Below are positions 1-11,821 of a DNA stretch of 64,000 nt, one piece after another (position 1 is the stretch's first letter; every line of letters begins with the position of its first letter). Source of the DNA: Mytilus californianus (lineage: Eukaryota); the NCBI RefSeq assembly GCF_021869535.1, contig NW_026262593.1, forward strand, positions 44,206,001-44,270,000, read 5' to 3'. The position numbers were made by a program, and so were the translations under genes. The notes under the pieces are model-generated. The model had not been told where the DNA came from. It did not search any database and saw only the letters and a list, made by a program, of their open reading frames with translations.

Positions 1-2015
1 GTACTGTGAGAACAGCAAATCTCACCAACAAATTTCATGCATGTACAGTTGTACACTAGTACTGTAGCCAAGGAAACATGGTTTTGACAGAAAATGGTGT
101 CTTCTTAATATGATCAAATCACAAAAAGCATGCATGCCAAGCCTTGGGTTAACAACAGACCTTCATGAACATCCTGTAATTAAGCAAGGCTAGATGAAAC
201 ATTTTGTAGGCACCATGCAAGTTTAGCAAATGACTGCAACTGAAACTATACAGTGGTGAAAAGTTGAAGTGATGTTTATTTATGTAAATATACCAATATT
301 GTCATTAAACAATGTTTATGTTTTCAAGCAAGCCCAAAGACGAACATGTTTGCAAATGATGAGTCAAAAGATCAAAGGAAACACAATTAACCAAAGCCTT
401 TATTGTTTATTCATTATGCAAGAAAGTTCATGATCATCAAAACAAAATAAGGGTAAGAGTCCAGCCTAAGTCTCTGGAGTCCAGGGTTCATGGACTAATC
501 TGCGGTGGGAAATTTTGAACACTGGACAAATTTAGATTTTGAACCAATCCTTTGTCATTTTTGTGAATAGGTGACATGTGGTTGTACAAATGCAGTCATA
601 ACAAAATGTATGTACTCCTATTAGTTCAGTACTTTACCAGTAGGCGTATGTAGCTACACATACGATTATGTATGGATTCAATAAATGAAACAGTATTTTA
701 TGAAGGAAGAGCTTAAAACTTTTATCTCTGGTTGTCAGACAGGGAAGCCATTTATTGATGTTTATCAGAATTATTTACACTTAATCAGAAAATCCTCCTA
801 CTTAATTTAACAGGTACATTAGAACCAAAAAGTCATCAATAAAATTATTAAGGATAATCTTTGCATTCAACAAAAAGACATTTTAATAAAATATGTTTTC
901 CAGCGCAGCAAGGTACATTTATTAAGTTAACTTTTAAGGTTATAAAACATTAAAACTATGAATTGACAAATGTCAATGAAATATCTGTCCTTCCCGCCAC
1001 AATCAGTTCATTATAGTTCTTTACCGTTTCTTTTCAAATATTCAGGACTTTGTGACAAATTAATGATTTACGACTTAATCATTATACAAAATAATGTCTG
1101 CATTCCTGTAACACAGGAACACCTGTTTGTCTTTGAAATTACAAATCAACATTTTTACCTTCTTTTTTACCTGGATATACTTCATAGATTATTTGTCTGT
1201 ATGTAAAGTTTACAAATTTACAGTGCATGTATATTAAATTTTTAGTGAAATTTCAAATCTTAGTGCAAATTTTTTAAATCTAAAGATGTCATAATAAATA
1301 AAACATAAATTGTACATGCATTTCTGTACTTTACATTCTGTGCATTAAATCATTATGAACAGACTGTGAGACATATGTTTGATAATCTTATAAGCAGTAG
1401 ATAAATGTTACCAGTTAATCCCTGTATAAATGTTTATCAACAACATTTACTTTTGTCTATCTCTCTTTTAAAAATTATGCAACACAGTACATTTGTCATG
1501 TTTGTCCAGTTTTTATATAAGACTGAACCTCAAAATTCTGACCCACCATATTTCTGATATTTCTCTATAAATGAAAAAGCTGGTTTAAGATAAAAGAGTA
1601 GCTCAAAATTCTGAATCATAATATTCTTGATATTTCTAATATTGGAGAAATATTCTATAAATCACAAGTAGCTGGTTTATGATGAAGGAGCAACTCGAGC
1701 TCTTAATCAATGAAGAACAAGTCACTTGGCAAGAAATTCAATGCATGTCTTTCACTTGTGTCTTAAAAGTCAGAATATGTCAATTAAAATACGAATTCAT
1801 TAGAAAACATTGTTGCATCCAAGACTTTCATTGTTTTGTCTGTCTGTTAAAGTGCCAGTTGTGTGATGTAGAATTCAGAACTAAGCCCACTGAATTAGTA
1901 GACTGGTCTTATGATTTTTCATTAGTGAGTGCCAGGGGATCCTATTCCTCAAACATGTCGAAGGTCATTTGTCAATTTTCAAAGAATTTGGTTTAAAAAA
2001 AAATATATAACTTAC

Positions 2016-2165
2016 TTGCTCCACCCATTTCATCAGCATCCGTAGCCTGTAAAGGCTGATCCAACTGAACTGTACTTTCATTTTCTAAAATCGTTCCACG
2101 TAGCACTGGAACGCCTCGTTTGTTCTTAGTTCTAGATTCAATAACAGGATCATGGAGATTAGGTT
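2016..2165 (-). CDS. CLSTN1: Calsyntenin-like protein, internal exon (start of first cadherin repeat)
   Basis: 150-bp exon between tttatttcAG (2166-2168) and GTaagt (2015-2010). It reads (E)PNLHDPVIESRTKNKRGVPVLRGTILENESTVQLDQPLQATDADEMGGA. GTILENESTVQLDQPLQATDAD aligns without gaps to the calsyntenin motif GIVTENDNTVLLDPPLIALDKD, recalled from memory. Phase 1-1. No further exon found in 1-2015, so the gene presumably continues past the left edge. Confidence 0.8.
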
Positions 2166-2314
2166 CTGAAATAAAAGATTTTATATATATATATGTGTTT
2201 TTTTACAACCAAAATCAACATTTCAAAATTAACATTATAAGTTATGCAATTTGCTATGACATCGCATAAATTTTAACTGCGTCTAAAATGCATTTGCAAG
2301 TGGAAATGATGATC

Positions 2315-2690
2315 AACAAGCATTCTGTGCGCATTGCATGGCAATACATAGTCCCCTACCGGTTAAAAATTCATTGTATTTGAACAAAATTCTAACTTGA
2401 TCTATTACTTGTCATGGTGTAAATTAAACTATATACCAATTTTCAAATCAATATCTTCAAGCATGACGAAAAAAAGTGCTGAAAAATGATTATTTTAGTT
2501 AATTTTCTAAGTCCAAGGACCATAACTCTGCACAAAATCATCAGACCGGAACAAAATTCTAACTTGATCTGTAATTTGTCATGATAAAACAATACACTAA
2601 ATATCAAATCAATATCTTCAAGCATGAAGAAAAAAAGTGTGGAAAACTGATTTGCCGGACTGATGGATGGAGGCAGATTCCAAATAAGAA
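2315..2690 (+). mobile_element. HINE/Helentron-like non-autonomous element (degenerate)
   Basis: Starts aacaag, has a subterminal gtcccctaccgg, two ~145-bp core repeats (caaaattctaacttgatct at ~2385 and ~2552), and a degenerate GGAY microsatellite at ~2655-2672. Confidence 0.5.
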
Positions 2691-3654
2691 AGTTGAAAAA
2701 TTCCCAAAATTATGTTTGACAAAATCAACACTAATGAAGTTCTGTTTTGGAATACATGTTAGACTTATGTATAAGTAATAACTTTTTGACAAAAAATAGA
2801 TCTATTCACATTATATTTTTTAAATAAAGGACACCTTAAAAAAATGTTGCTATCTGAAGAAAATTGACAGACATTTTGATGGAAAATTCTTATGTGAGCA
2901 ACACAAACAATCCTGATATCTTCAGTATTTTCAAGGTTTGGATGTATATCTTGCTTAAATATAAAAGGCAAATTGGAATAAAATATTTCTTATCATCTGC
3001 ACCAATAAATCAAAGCGTGAAAGCGCTGTAAAGGCAGTTAATTACAGGTTGTGTGTATTTTTAGTCCAGTTATATCATTATCTTGCATAGTACATTGTAC
3101 TTATCAGAGGTGGCTTTCAGTATTTCAGATTTAGAGTTCTCTAATGATATTGAACAAGTTTTATGAATGTCATATTCTGAGCACTATATGAAGGCGATTG
3201 TTCTCACTTGTTTACGAACTAGTGCATTATGTCCAGTTAGTACCTTTTTTATCTATGTTTATAGTCAAATACTGTTTAAAATAGTTTGGCATTTTCTTTT
3301 AAGTAATAAGTAAATGTTATCAACTGTATTTTATTCAACTTTGCAAATGTGGTTTGTTACTGGTAAGTACAATGTATGGATGATAGTTGTTTCATTGGCA
3401 ATCATAACACATCTCCTTATTTATATAATGATCTGTATTCAACGACCTCAGGTACAAAAAAAATGTATGTAACTAAACTATGATGGGAAACCTTTGACTT
3501 CTTTCTTTAATATAAACTTTTGATTTGGTACCATAGAACTATGTAGAATAAATGTACATTGCAACATGTCAACTCTTTCAATGACAATACTTTTTTTAGA
3601 AACTATAACTCCAAGCAAAATTATATTTCCAAGTATAAAGTAATTTATGAATGA

Positions 3655-4735
3655 AACAAGAGTGCACACGCTGAAATGTCTCGCCTTCTTTACTAATCAT
3701 TGATATTATGTTGATAGTCCTAAATATAAAGCTTTATTACAACTGTCACATAAACTTAACATTAACCAAGTAAACTAAACATTGACCAATGAACCAAGAA
3801 AATGAGGTCAAGGTCAGATGAACCATGCTAGGCAGGCATGTACAGCTAACAATTCTTCAATACAACAAATATAGTTGACCTATTGCTTATAGTTTAAGAA
3901 AAACAGACCAAAACACAAAAACTTAAAACTGAGCAATGAACCTTGAAAATGAGGTCAAGGTAAAAAAAAAACCTGCGTGACTGACATATAGATCATAAAA
4001 TATTTCCATACACCAAATATAGTTGAACTATTGCATATAGTATTAGAAAAAAAGACAAAACTCAAAAACTTAACTTTGACCACTGAACCGTGAAAATGAG
4101 GTCAAGGTCAGATGACACCTGCCAGCTAGACATGTACACCTTACAATCATTCCATACACCAAATATAGTAGACCTATTGCATACAGTATAAGAAAAACAG
4201 ACCAAAACACAAAAACTTAACTATAACCACTGAACCATGAAAATGAGGTCAAGATCAGATGACACCTGCCAGTTGGACATGTACACCTTACAGTCCTTCC
4301 ATACACCGAATATACTAGACCTATTGCTTATAGTATCTGAGATATGGACTTGACCACCAAAACTTAACCTTGTTCACTGATCCATGAAATGAGGTCGAGG
4401 TCAAGTGAAAACTGTCTGACGGGCATGAGGACCTTGCAAGATATGCACATACCAAATATAGTTATCCTATTACTTATAATAAGAGAGAATTCAACATTAC
4501 AAAAAATCTTAACTTTTTTTTCAAGTAGTCACTGAACCATGAAAATGAGGTCAAGGACATTGGACATGTGACTGACGGAAACTTCGTAACATGAGGCATC
4601 CATATACAAAGTATGAAGCATCCAGACCTTCCACCTTCTAAAATATAAAGCTTTTAAGAAGTTAGCTAACGCCGCCGCCGGATCACTATCCCTATGTGGA
4701 GCTCTCTGCGACAAAAGTTGCAGGCTCGACAAAAA
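3655..4735 (+). mobile_element. HINE-like element with six ~147-bp internal tandem repeats
   Basis: Starts aacaagagtgcacacg. The motif aatgaggtcaagg recurs at 3801, 3948, 4095, 4242, 4388 and 4544. GCC microsatellite near 4671, then a 3' imperfect hairpin (gagctctctgcgacaaaagttgcaggctc) and aaaaa. Confidence 0.75.
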
Positions 4736-4752
4736 GGAGTTCTTAATTAAGT

Positions 4753-5258
4753 AATAAACTGATTCGCTGAGCGCAGCTGGATACACCCACAGAGGTCCAA
4801 CCCTGAACAGTTGAGGCAAAAATGGACACAATATTCAAGCTTGATACAGGTCTGAATTTGGATTGTAATTAAATATTTGACATATTATAGTTTCTGATTA
4901 AATGTAGTCAAAGAACTTGAAATCGGTTATATGAATTGAATTTATATTCAGTTAAAGATTTCTTGCTGTTGTGCAATACACTGTGCTGTTGTGCAATACT
5001 TAATAAATCTGTTGCCAGACTATAAACAAATAAAAAAAAAGTTCAATTTATTCTCAATGTCATATTTGAAATTTATGAAAATCAATAGGGAGATTACATC
5101 AATAGCTATAAATAAACCACCAAAGTTTCATGCGAACTGCTTAAAGCATTTTTGAGTTGTTGTCCAAAAACTGGAAAATCCCCCCCTTTTTAATGAATAA
5201 AACCCCATAACTCAATAATGTAAAATCTAAAATTTATAAAATTCTAAAGGGAGCTTAC
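4753..5258 (+). mobile_element. HINE-like repeat family copy A (interrupted at 5258; resumes ~5841-5872)
   Basis: The first ~290 bp are nearly identical to 9701-9985. After gggagcttac a different repeat is inserted; acatcaacagatataaacaattcaccaaagt resumes at ~5843. Confidence 0.7.
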
Positions 5259-5840
5259 TGATTGATAATTTAGTCTTAGATGCAAGATTTTTTTATCAGT
5301 TTGTGGCTTTGAACTAGCTGTCAGTAAATGCAAGTACACTCAGATCTGTACTAAGTGTCTTTTTGTTGTTTGGATGTACAACTACCCGGCCACGTCCACT
5401 TGTATTTGTATTTATCCATCTGATGAGTTAAGCCTCTTTCAACTGATTTTTATAGTTCGCTCTTATATTGTACTGTTACACCACTGTCCCAGGTTAGGGG
5501 GTGGGTTGGGATCCCGCGAACATGTTTAACCCCGCCACATTCTGTATGTACATGTATGTGCCTGTCCCAAGTCAGGAGCCTGTAATTCAGTGGTTGTCGT
5601 TTGTTTATGTGTTGCATATTTGTTATTCGTTCATATTTTGTACATAAATTAGGCCGTTAGTTTTCTTGTTTGAATTGTTTTACATTGTCATTTCGGGGCC
5701 TTTTATAGCTCACTGTGCGGTATGTGCTTTGCTCATTGTTGAAGGCCGTACTGTGACCTATAGCTGTTAATTTCTGTGTCATTTGGTCTCTTGTGGAGAG
5801 TTGTCTCATTGGCAATCATACCACATCTTCTTTTTTATAT
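5259..5840 (-). repeat. Abundant interspersed repeat family A (aagatgtggtatgattgccaatgagacaactctcc... head)
   Basis: ~580-bp copy inserted into the preceding element. Shorter copies or heads at ~3390-3425, 6025-6050, 16000-16110, 16355-16420, 45295-45335, 52140-52280, 53085-53190, 53350-53405, 54225-54340 and 55753-55960. Confidence 0.7.
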
Positions 5841-6134
5841 TTACATCAACAGATATAAACAATTCACCAAAGTCAAGGTGAGACAACAAAACTTAGTTGT
5901 AAGATCTCTGAAATTATTTACACGGTTCAAGTTTTTCTAATTGTTGGAGATTGTATGGTGACAGTAACACCTGTAACTGCTTAACCCATTTCTTATGCAC
6001 TTTGGTTCGATAAACTCACTGAATATCATACCACATCTCCTTATTTTTATATGCATTACAATTTACATGTGCATGTAATTGTAAATAATATTTATATATA
6101 TATATCAGAACAAACTTCATTGCGTCACTTTTAT

Positions 6135-7297
6135 TTATGCATCCTTTGGCACAATACAAGTTCTAAAATTACACAACAGAAAACAACTAAATGTTATTTC
6201 AGATGAAAGTTTTGTTTCAGTTCCATTCATAGGATTTCTTAGAATTTTGTATGTTTTGCCAAGTCCAATAATTAGCTCTATGTGCACGTGTTAATTGGAG
6301 ACTTTTCTATCCCGTATAAGAGTTTTGGAACTAATTCTGTTTCTTTTTTTGAAAAAAGTGAGCAAACAAATCTTGCACATTTAAACCTTTGTCTGCCATC
6401 ACACTGTCACCTGGATCACATAATTGAACTATTCTACATCTTTCAACTATTTCACAGTCACTGGTACAACCAACATATGCATTAGAGACATAGTTGACTA
6501 AACCACCAGGTGTCGAACATACAAGTATTTTCAGTGTTTCTGTTTTTATATGATGAAAAGGTTGCCTGAGCTCTAGGAGCTTTAGGTTTTATCACGGGAT
6601 ATTCTGTGCTGTCAATAATAATCCAAGTTGTAGGAAACTTTAATTCTAAGTTGGATGGCGAAAAATACCTGACTAAACCACTAAATGGCCAAGTGTTAGC
6701 CTCACGCCACTGTTTAGACATAAAAACAATCCATGTTTACACAATATTCTTAACACTAGTTTCAATCTAGAATCTAGACAGTTCAAAGTTGGTTGTATAA
6801 TGCATCAATTTCATAAAAGTCATAAAAAAACTGATTTTCAAATGACACCCTATCAATTTGAAAATATATGTATCTCAAACAATGTGCTGTTGGACCAAGT
6901 GTGGTCAAAACAAATAAAAATTTAGTATACAACTCTAAACCGGTATAAAAATGCATGGCTGTGTCACGTGTCTTCATTTCAAAATTCTCTGCTGAAAATA
7001 TAGGCATTGATGGTGTTTGCGTAATTCCATCTGTGAAGCTCAACATTAGCTCGGCAGTTGGTGGTGGACAGTCATAAATCCTGTCTGCAGTATGAATTAC
7101 TTCTTCAGGAAAACCACCTTTACAATCAAAACTTTCCTCTAGATTTCTACTACAATATTCATCAAGTTTAGTTCTTTTGTTTTCACAGGAAACTGCCCTG
7201 ATTTTTCTTTTTGCGGACGATTCAGTCTCTTGCTTGGTCCAGGAAAATAGGCTGGGATTGGCAGTAGACTTAAGTCTCTGGATGGTGGGTTTGTGCC
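6135..7297 (-). pseudogene. Decayed DDE_Tnp_4 (PIF/Harbinger-ISL2EU type) transposase, exon 2
   Basis: After the acceptor tttttcAG (7298-7300) it reads GHKPTIQRLKSTANPSLFSW (THAP AVPTIF-like box), then MHFYTGLE, ENQFF/MT..MKL, FPTTWIIIDSTEYPVIKPKAPRAQATFSSYKNRNT, TPGGLVNYVSNAY, CDPGDSVMADKGLNVQDLFA, HVHIELIIGLGKTYKIL, LLCNFRTCIVPKDA, stop at 6137-6135. At least 3 frameshifts and several internal stops. Confidence 0.88.
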
Positions 7298-7368
7298 CTG
7301 AAAAAGGTTATAAAACATTAGTTTTTTGATAATTAAATGAACTTCCATTAGCAATGCATACTTTGTAC

Positions 7369-8368
7369 AGAAGCAAGTTAACTCATACCATTGTAAACTC
7401 GTACCAACGTAAACTCGTACCACTGGGAAGTCGTACCAATCAGAACTCGTACCACTGCAAACTCGTACCATTAAAAATATATTAAAAAATACGAAAGTTT
7501 TATGATTTTTTTTTTGGTAAACTAAATAAAAAAAGTTGAATTACTTGAATTTTATACTAGATTTTAATGAAAACTTAGACAAAAATACGAATGTTTTATG
7601 ATTATTTTTTTTTAAGCTTTATACAAAAAATTAAAATATCTTTGAAATTTATACCAGATTTTAATGAAAACTTTAGACAAAAATACAAATGTAATTTCTT
7701 AATTACCATGCTAATAAATATATTAAATTCCTTTGATTGTGTGATTATTGGTTGATTATTAACTAATCAACTTGGTTTTTTTTATCTTTAACTAATCAAC
7801 TTGTATAATCATATAAGCATGGTCATATTCTGCTGAAATGTGCTGAATATTGTATAAAAATAAATTTCATACTTTCTAACTGTTGGTCATAAACAATTTT
7901 AAACCTTTAAAACACAATCAATAAATTCTTTCATTAAATAAAATTCCTTTTAGAAACAATAGAAAAATACCCAAATCTATTCAATGTTACTGATTTGGAA
8001 TGATTAAAAATTAAATCAAATAGTTGTCAGTAAAAGTTTAAAAAAGAGTCTATTCAAGGGAGACAACAAAGCCAATCTGCCACGGTTTTCTCTATCCAAT
8101 TAGACAAGGAAAATTAGCTACAAATTGGTTATTGTAATTTCAAATTATATACATTTTACAGACTTAAGAGGTATTGAGTGAAATTAAAGTATATATTCAG
8201 TTAAACACCATTTGAATGCATTTAAATAAGTGGGTACGAGTTTACAATGGTATGAATTTACCGTGGTACGAGTTAGCAGTGGTACGAGTTTGCATTGGAA
8301 CGAGTTTTTGTTTAGTGGTACGAGTTGACATTGGTACGAGTTACAATGGTACGAGATAACTATAATTC
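7369..8368. mobile_element. Foldback-like non-autonomous DNA element with arrays of 'actcgtacca' in inverted orientation
   Basis: About 6 copies of (a)actcgtacca at 7380-7470 and about 8 inverted copies (tggtacgagt) at 8232-8356. Candidate 8-bp TSD CTTTGTAC at 7361-7368 and 8369-8376. Lies in the transposase intron. Confidence 0.7.
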
Positions 8369-8891
8369 CTTTGTACTCATAACCTGGCAAAATATTAACT
8401 AGATTTATTCATTACAATCTGGATAAAACTATGTTAGCCTGATTCAATGTACATCAAAATGTATGTTATGTAAATCCAAAGGACAAACAATGAGAGACGT
8501 ATGCAACAAACATACATTGTTTGTACCTAAATAACTATAATATAGATGAGAGCATGTCATTGTTTTGTTCCTGTTAACATTGTCATTGATATTTTTCAAG
8601 AAAGTCTATGAGGCATAGCTTATGCATTCCTGTCATTACTACATAAGCATAATTACTGCTAAAATAATTCTCAGTATGATATACCTCTTGTAAGAAATCA
8701 TTATAATTGTAGCAAGCACCAAAAAATCTCAAACAGATCACATTGAATCGTAATCCAAAAAATTATGACGTCTTGAATTAACCACCCCCTTGTATTCTAA
8801 AACGATAATTGCGGTTGTAAACTGACTTTGGTTTATTCGCATGGCGATTACATATATAACTATATATTTTAAAAAGAAAATAGAGTTTTAC

Positions 8892-9103
8892 CATGAATAG
8901 TTTCCTGCACGTAGTCTTTTTCAGTAAAATGTGCCTTGCAAGCAACAGCTGATTGAGATGGACTCCACGATTTCATCGTGTTCTCGTCCAATCTACGTAT
9001 GGGCCATGGCGTTGATACAACTTTTTCTTCTTTTTAAGTCATTTGGAAATGCATGTCCTCCTCTTAAATGACATCCAGGTACACAACAACAAGTACTTGG
9101 CAT
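8892..9103 (-). pseudogene. THAP zinc-finger exon 1 of the same transposase (frameshifted)
   Basis: ATG at 9103: MPSTCCCVPGCHLRGGHAFPNDLKRRKSCINA, a +1 frameshift near 9005, then IRRLDENTMKSWSPSQSAVACKAHFTEKDYVQETIH-G. C2CH THAP signature present. The GT donor at 8891 is in phase with exon 7297. Confidence 0.85.
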
Positions 9104-9700
9104 CGTTAATTAAAAATGCAACTGTAATAGTTGCACAGTGCAGAAACCGGAAGTTGAAGTACAGGATCGGCTACCACGGCGCCACCTATTCAGGAACGAT
9201 AATTTGCTACTTTATATAACTGCGAAATAACAATAACGTTAGACGGGTTCGCGTGCATAAACAGAAATGCGCTTTAAATTGTATAATATAATTCATGTTC
9301 AGTCGACCTTTAATTATTATATCAACGACTGAAATGATTTATAAACATCTAGATTGCAGAAAACACTCGAAATTAACCCGAGCTCTTTCCACACGGAATT
9401 CAAATAATTCTAGTTTGTCAATCGGTTGACTGCTTATAATGTAAAATACAAATATATCAAAAGTTTTTAAAACTAACAAAACACAATGATCGTTTCTCTA
9501 TTTCCCAATGTAAATGAAATGAGACAAAAAACATTTTATACCACAATAAGAAGAGGAGAGAATCAACATTTTCCGGATCTACTTGGAGCTAAATGACCCC
9601 CCACGTAGATAAGTTGGATATCGCGGAAAGAAATATTAACACGGCAACTAGAAAGGCATTAAAGCACTGCCTTTAAAAAGGAATTGTAATAACTTTAAAA

Positions 9701-10465
9701 AATAAACTGCTTCGCTGAGCGCAGCTGGATACGCCCGCAGAGGTCCAACCCTGAACAGCTGGGGCAAAAATTGACACAATATTCAAGCTTGATACAGGTC
9801 TGAATTTGGATTGTAATTAAATATTTGACATATTATAGGTTTCTGAATAAATGTAGTCAAAGAACTTGAAATTGGTTATATGAATTGAATTTATATTCAA
9901 TTAAAGATTTCTTGCTGTTGTGCAATACACTATGCTGTTGCGCAATACTTAGTAAATCTGTTGTCAGACTATAAACAAATAAAATTTATAAAATTCTAAA
10001 GGGAGCTAACATCAATAGATATAATCAATTCACCAAAGTTTCATAAGAATTGCTGAAAGCAATTTTGAGTTATTGTCCGAAAACTGGAAAATCCCCCTTT
10101 TTTTAATGAATAAAACCCCCTAACTTGGAAACGTAAAATCTAAAATTTATAAAAATCAAAAGGGAGCTCATGTCAATAGATATAAACAATTAACCAAAAT
10201 TTCTTGCAAGTTGGTGAAAGCATTCTTGAGTTATTGTCCGAAAACTGGAAAATCCCCCTTTTTTTAATGAATAAAACCCCATAACTCGGAAAAGTAAAAT
10301 CTAAAATTTATAAAAAAACGAAAGGGAGCTCACGTCAATAGATATAAACAATTCACCAAAGTTTTATGCAAATTGGTTAAAGCGTTTTTAAGTTAATGTC
10401 TGACATGTTGACGACGGACGGACAGCGGTATACCATAATACGTCCCGTAAACGGGCGTATAAAAA
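9701..10465 (+). mobile_element. HINE-like repeat family copy B (complete)
   Basis: 5' end shared with copy A (4753). Three ~150-bp cores (aaactggaaaatcccc at ~10082 and ~10243), GACG microsatellite at ~10410-10422, 3' hairpin cgtcccgtaaacgggcg, then aaaaa. Confidence 0.75.
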
Positions 10466-10480
10466 GATTATCTTGGAATT

Positions 10481-10844
10481 GCTAACATAAGATTTGACAG
10501 ACATGAACAATGCTGCTAACATAAGATTTGACAGAAAAGAACGTCGTTGCTAACATAAGAATTGACAGACTTTATTGTTGCTAACATAATATTTGACGGA
10601 CTTTCTTGTTGCTAACATAAGATTTGACGGACTTTTCTGTTGTGTTGCTAACATAAGATTTGACAGACATTATTGTTGCTAACATAAGATTTGACGGACA
10701 TTATTGTTGCTAACATAAGATTTGACAGACTAAATAGTGTTGCTAACATAAGATTTGACAGACTAAATAGTGTTGCTAACATAAGATTTTGACGGACTTG
10801 ATGCTAACATAAAATTGTGCTAATATAAGATAAATTTGACAGAC
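10481..10844. repeat. Array of a conserved 22-bp motif with short variable linkers
   Basis: GCTAACATAAGATTTGAC(A/G)GAC starts at 10481, 10515, 10549, 10580, 10611, 10647, 10678, 10709, 10742 and 10775, with degenerate copies at 10803 and 10819. Confidence 0.9.
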
Positions 10845-11524
10845 AATATATATTTGAGATTTTTAACTAATATTGGAGATCTTATCCTAGTTGAAAGTCA
10901 TATTAAGAACTCCTGTGAAATACCGCCGCCTGACATTTAACAAGATTTCAAACCAGGACCAATAACTCTAATTTATAGCACATCCATGGCCAAATGGTGC
11001 TAACATAAGATGATAAGTTTGACAGAACTTATGTTAGCAACAGATTTGATAAAACTATTGATTAAATAAAGTTAATTGAAAGATCCGATCAACATGTGTT
11101 TGTTTAGTGCACATTATGAAATACAATTTTAACAGGCTTTTATGAGTACCTACAATGATGTGGCAAGATTTTATGAACATGTTGCTATCATAACATTTAT
11201 TGACAAACAAGCATCTAATAAGCAAGGTATTTGAAATTGAAAAAAAATATATCACAGGTGTTTTCAACAAAAGAAAAGCAAAAGATTTGGAAACAGGGAT
11301 ACCAGTGTCAACATAAAACATTGTAACACATAAACCTTGTGTCAAAAAATGGGAAAGTAATTTCCGTCAAACATTTCAAATTTTTCAACTTTCAAATTTC
11401 TACTTTTAATCATATCCAATAATTGGTTTTCTTGCTTCATTTAACATTACTATTCATTAAAACATTCACAAATTATTATTTTTATTAATCTGTTCCTTTT
11501 GACGGACATTTCTTTTTCTTTTCT

Positions 11525-11538
11525 GGAATCTGCCTGGG

Positions 11539-11571
<33 letters not shown>

Positions 11572-11637
11572 GGACAGACAGAGTGTAATTGAATCCTGAA
11601 GTCCCCTTCGACTTCGTCGGTAGGGGACTTATAAAAA
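11525..11637 (+). mobile_element. 3' end of a HINE-like element (GACA microsatellite plus hairpin)
   Basis: (GACA)n at 11540-11580, stem gtcccct (11601-11607) / aggggac (11622-11628), then ttataaaa. Confidence 0.6.
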
Positions 11638-11821
11638 GGACAGCATTTCCATAGAAATTCTCTGAATCTATTCTTGTGGCTTACTGAAATTATCATAAAT
11701 ATTAGAAATATCATACTATATTGCATTTACAACTTAGAATTTCAGTCCTAGTTTTTGGCATTTTCAAATCATTGTTGTATAAGACATGTAAGATGTTAGT
11801 CTGACACTTGTATTCTCTCCT

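Noticed and set aside
1-40. Minus-strand GEIC peptide resembling calsyntenin AGEICG
   Set aside because: No splice acceptor precedes it and the following residues do not match; likely chance.
1175-1197. Possible calsyntenin exon 3 (tacAG|ACAAATAATC...CCAG|GT, minus strand)
   Set aside because: In the required phase it hits TAA at once, and no calsyntenin motif (ICG.., LDCE) is present.
1679-1996. 105-aa Cys-rich plus-strand ORF
   Set aside because: No coherent domain pattern or splice context; it lies antisense within the calsyntenin intron.
10481-10844. CRISPR-like appearance of the repeat-linker array
   Set aside because: Linkers are only 5-14 bp and related to each other, there are no cas genes, and the context is eukaryotic.
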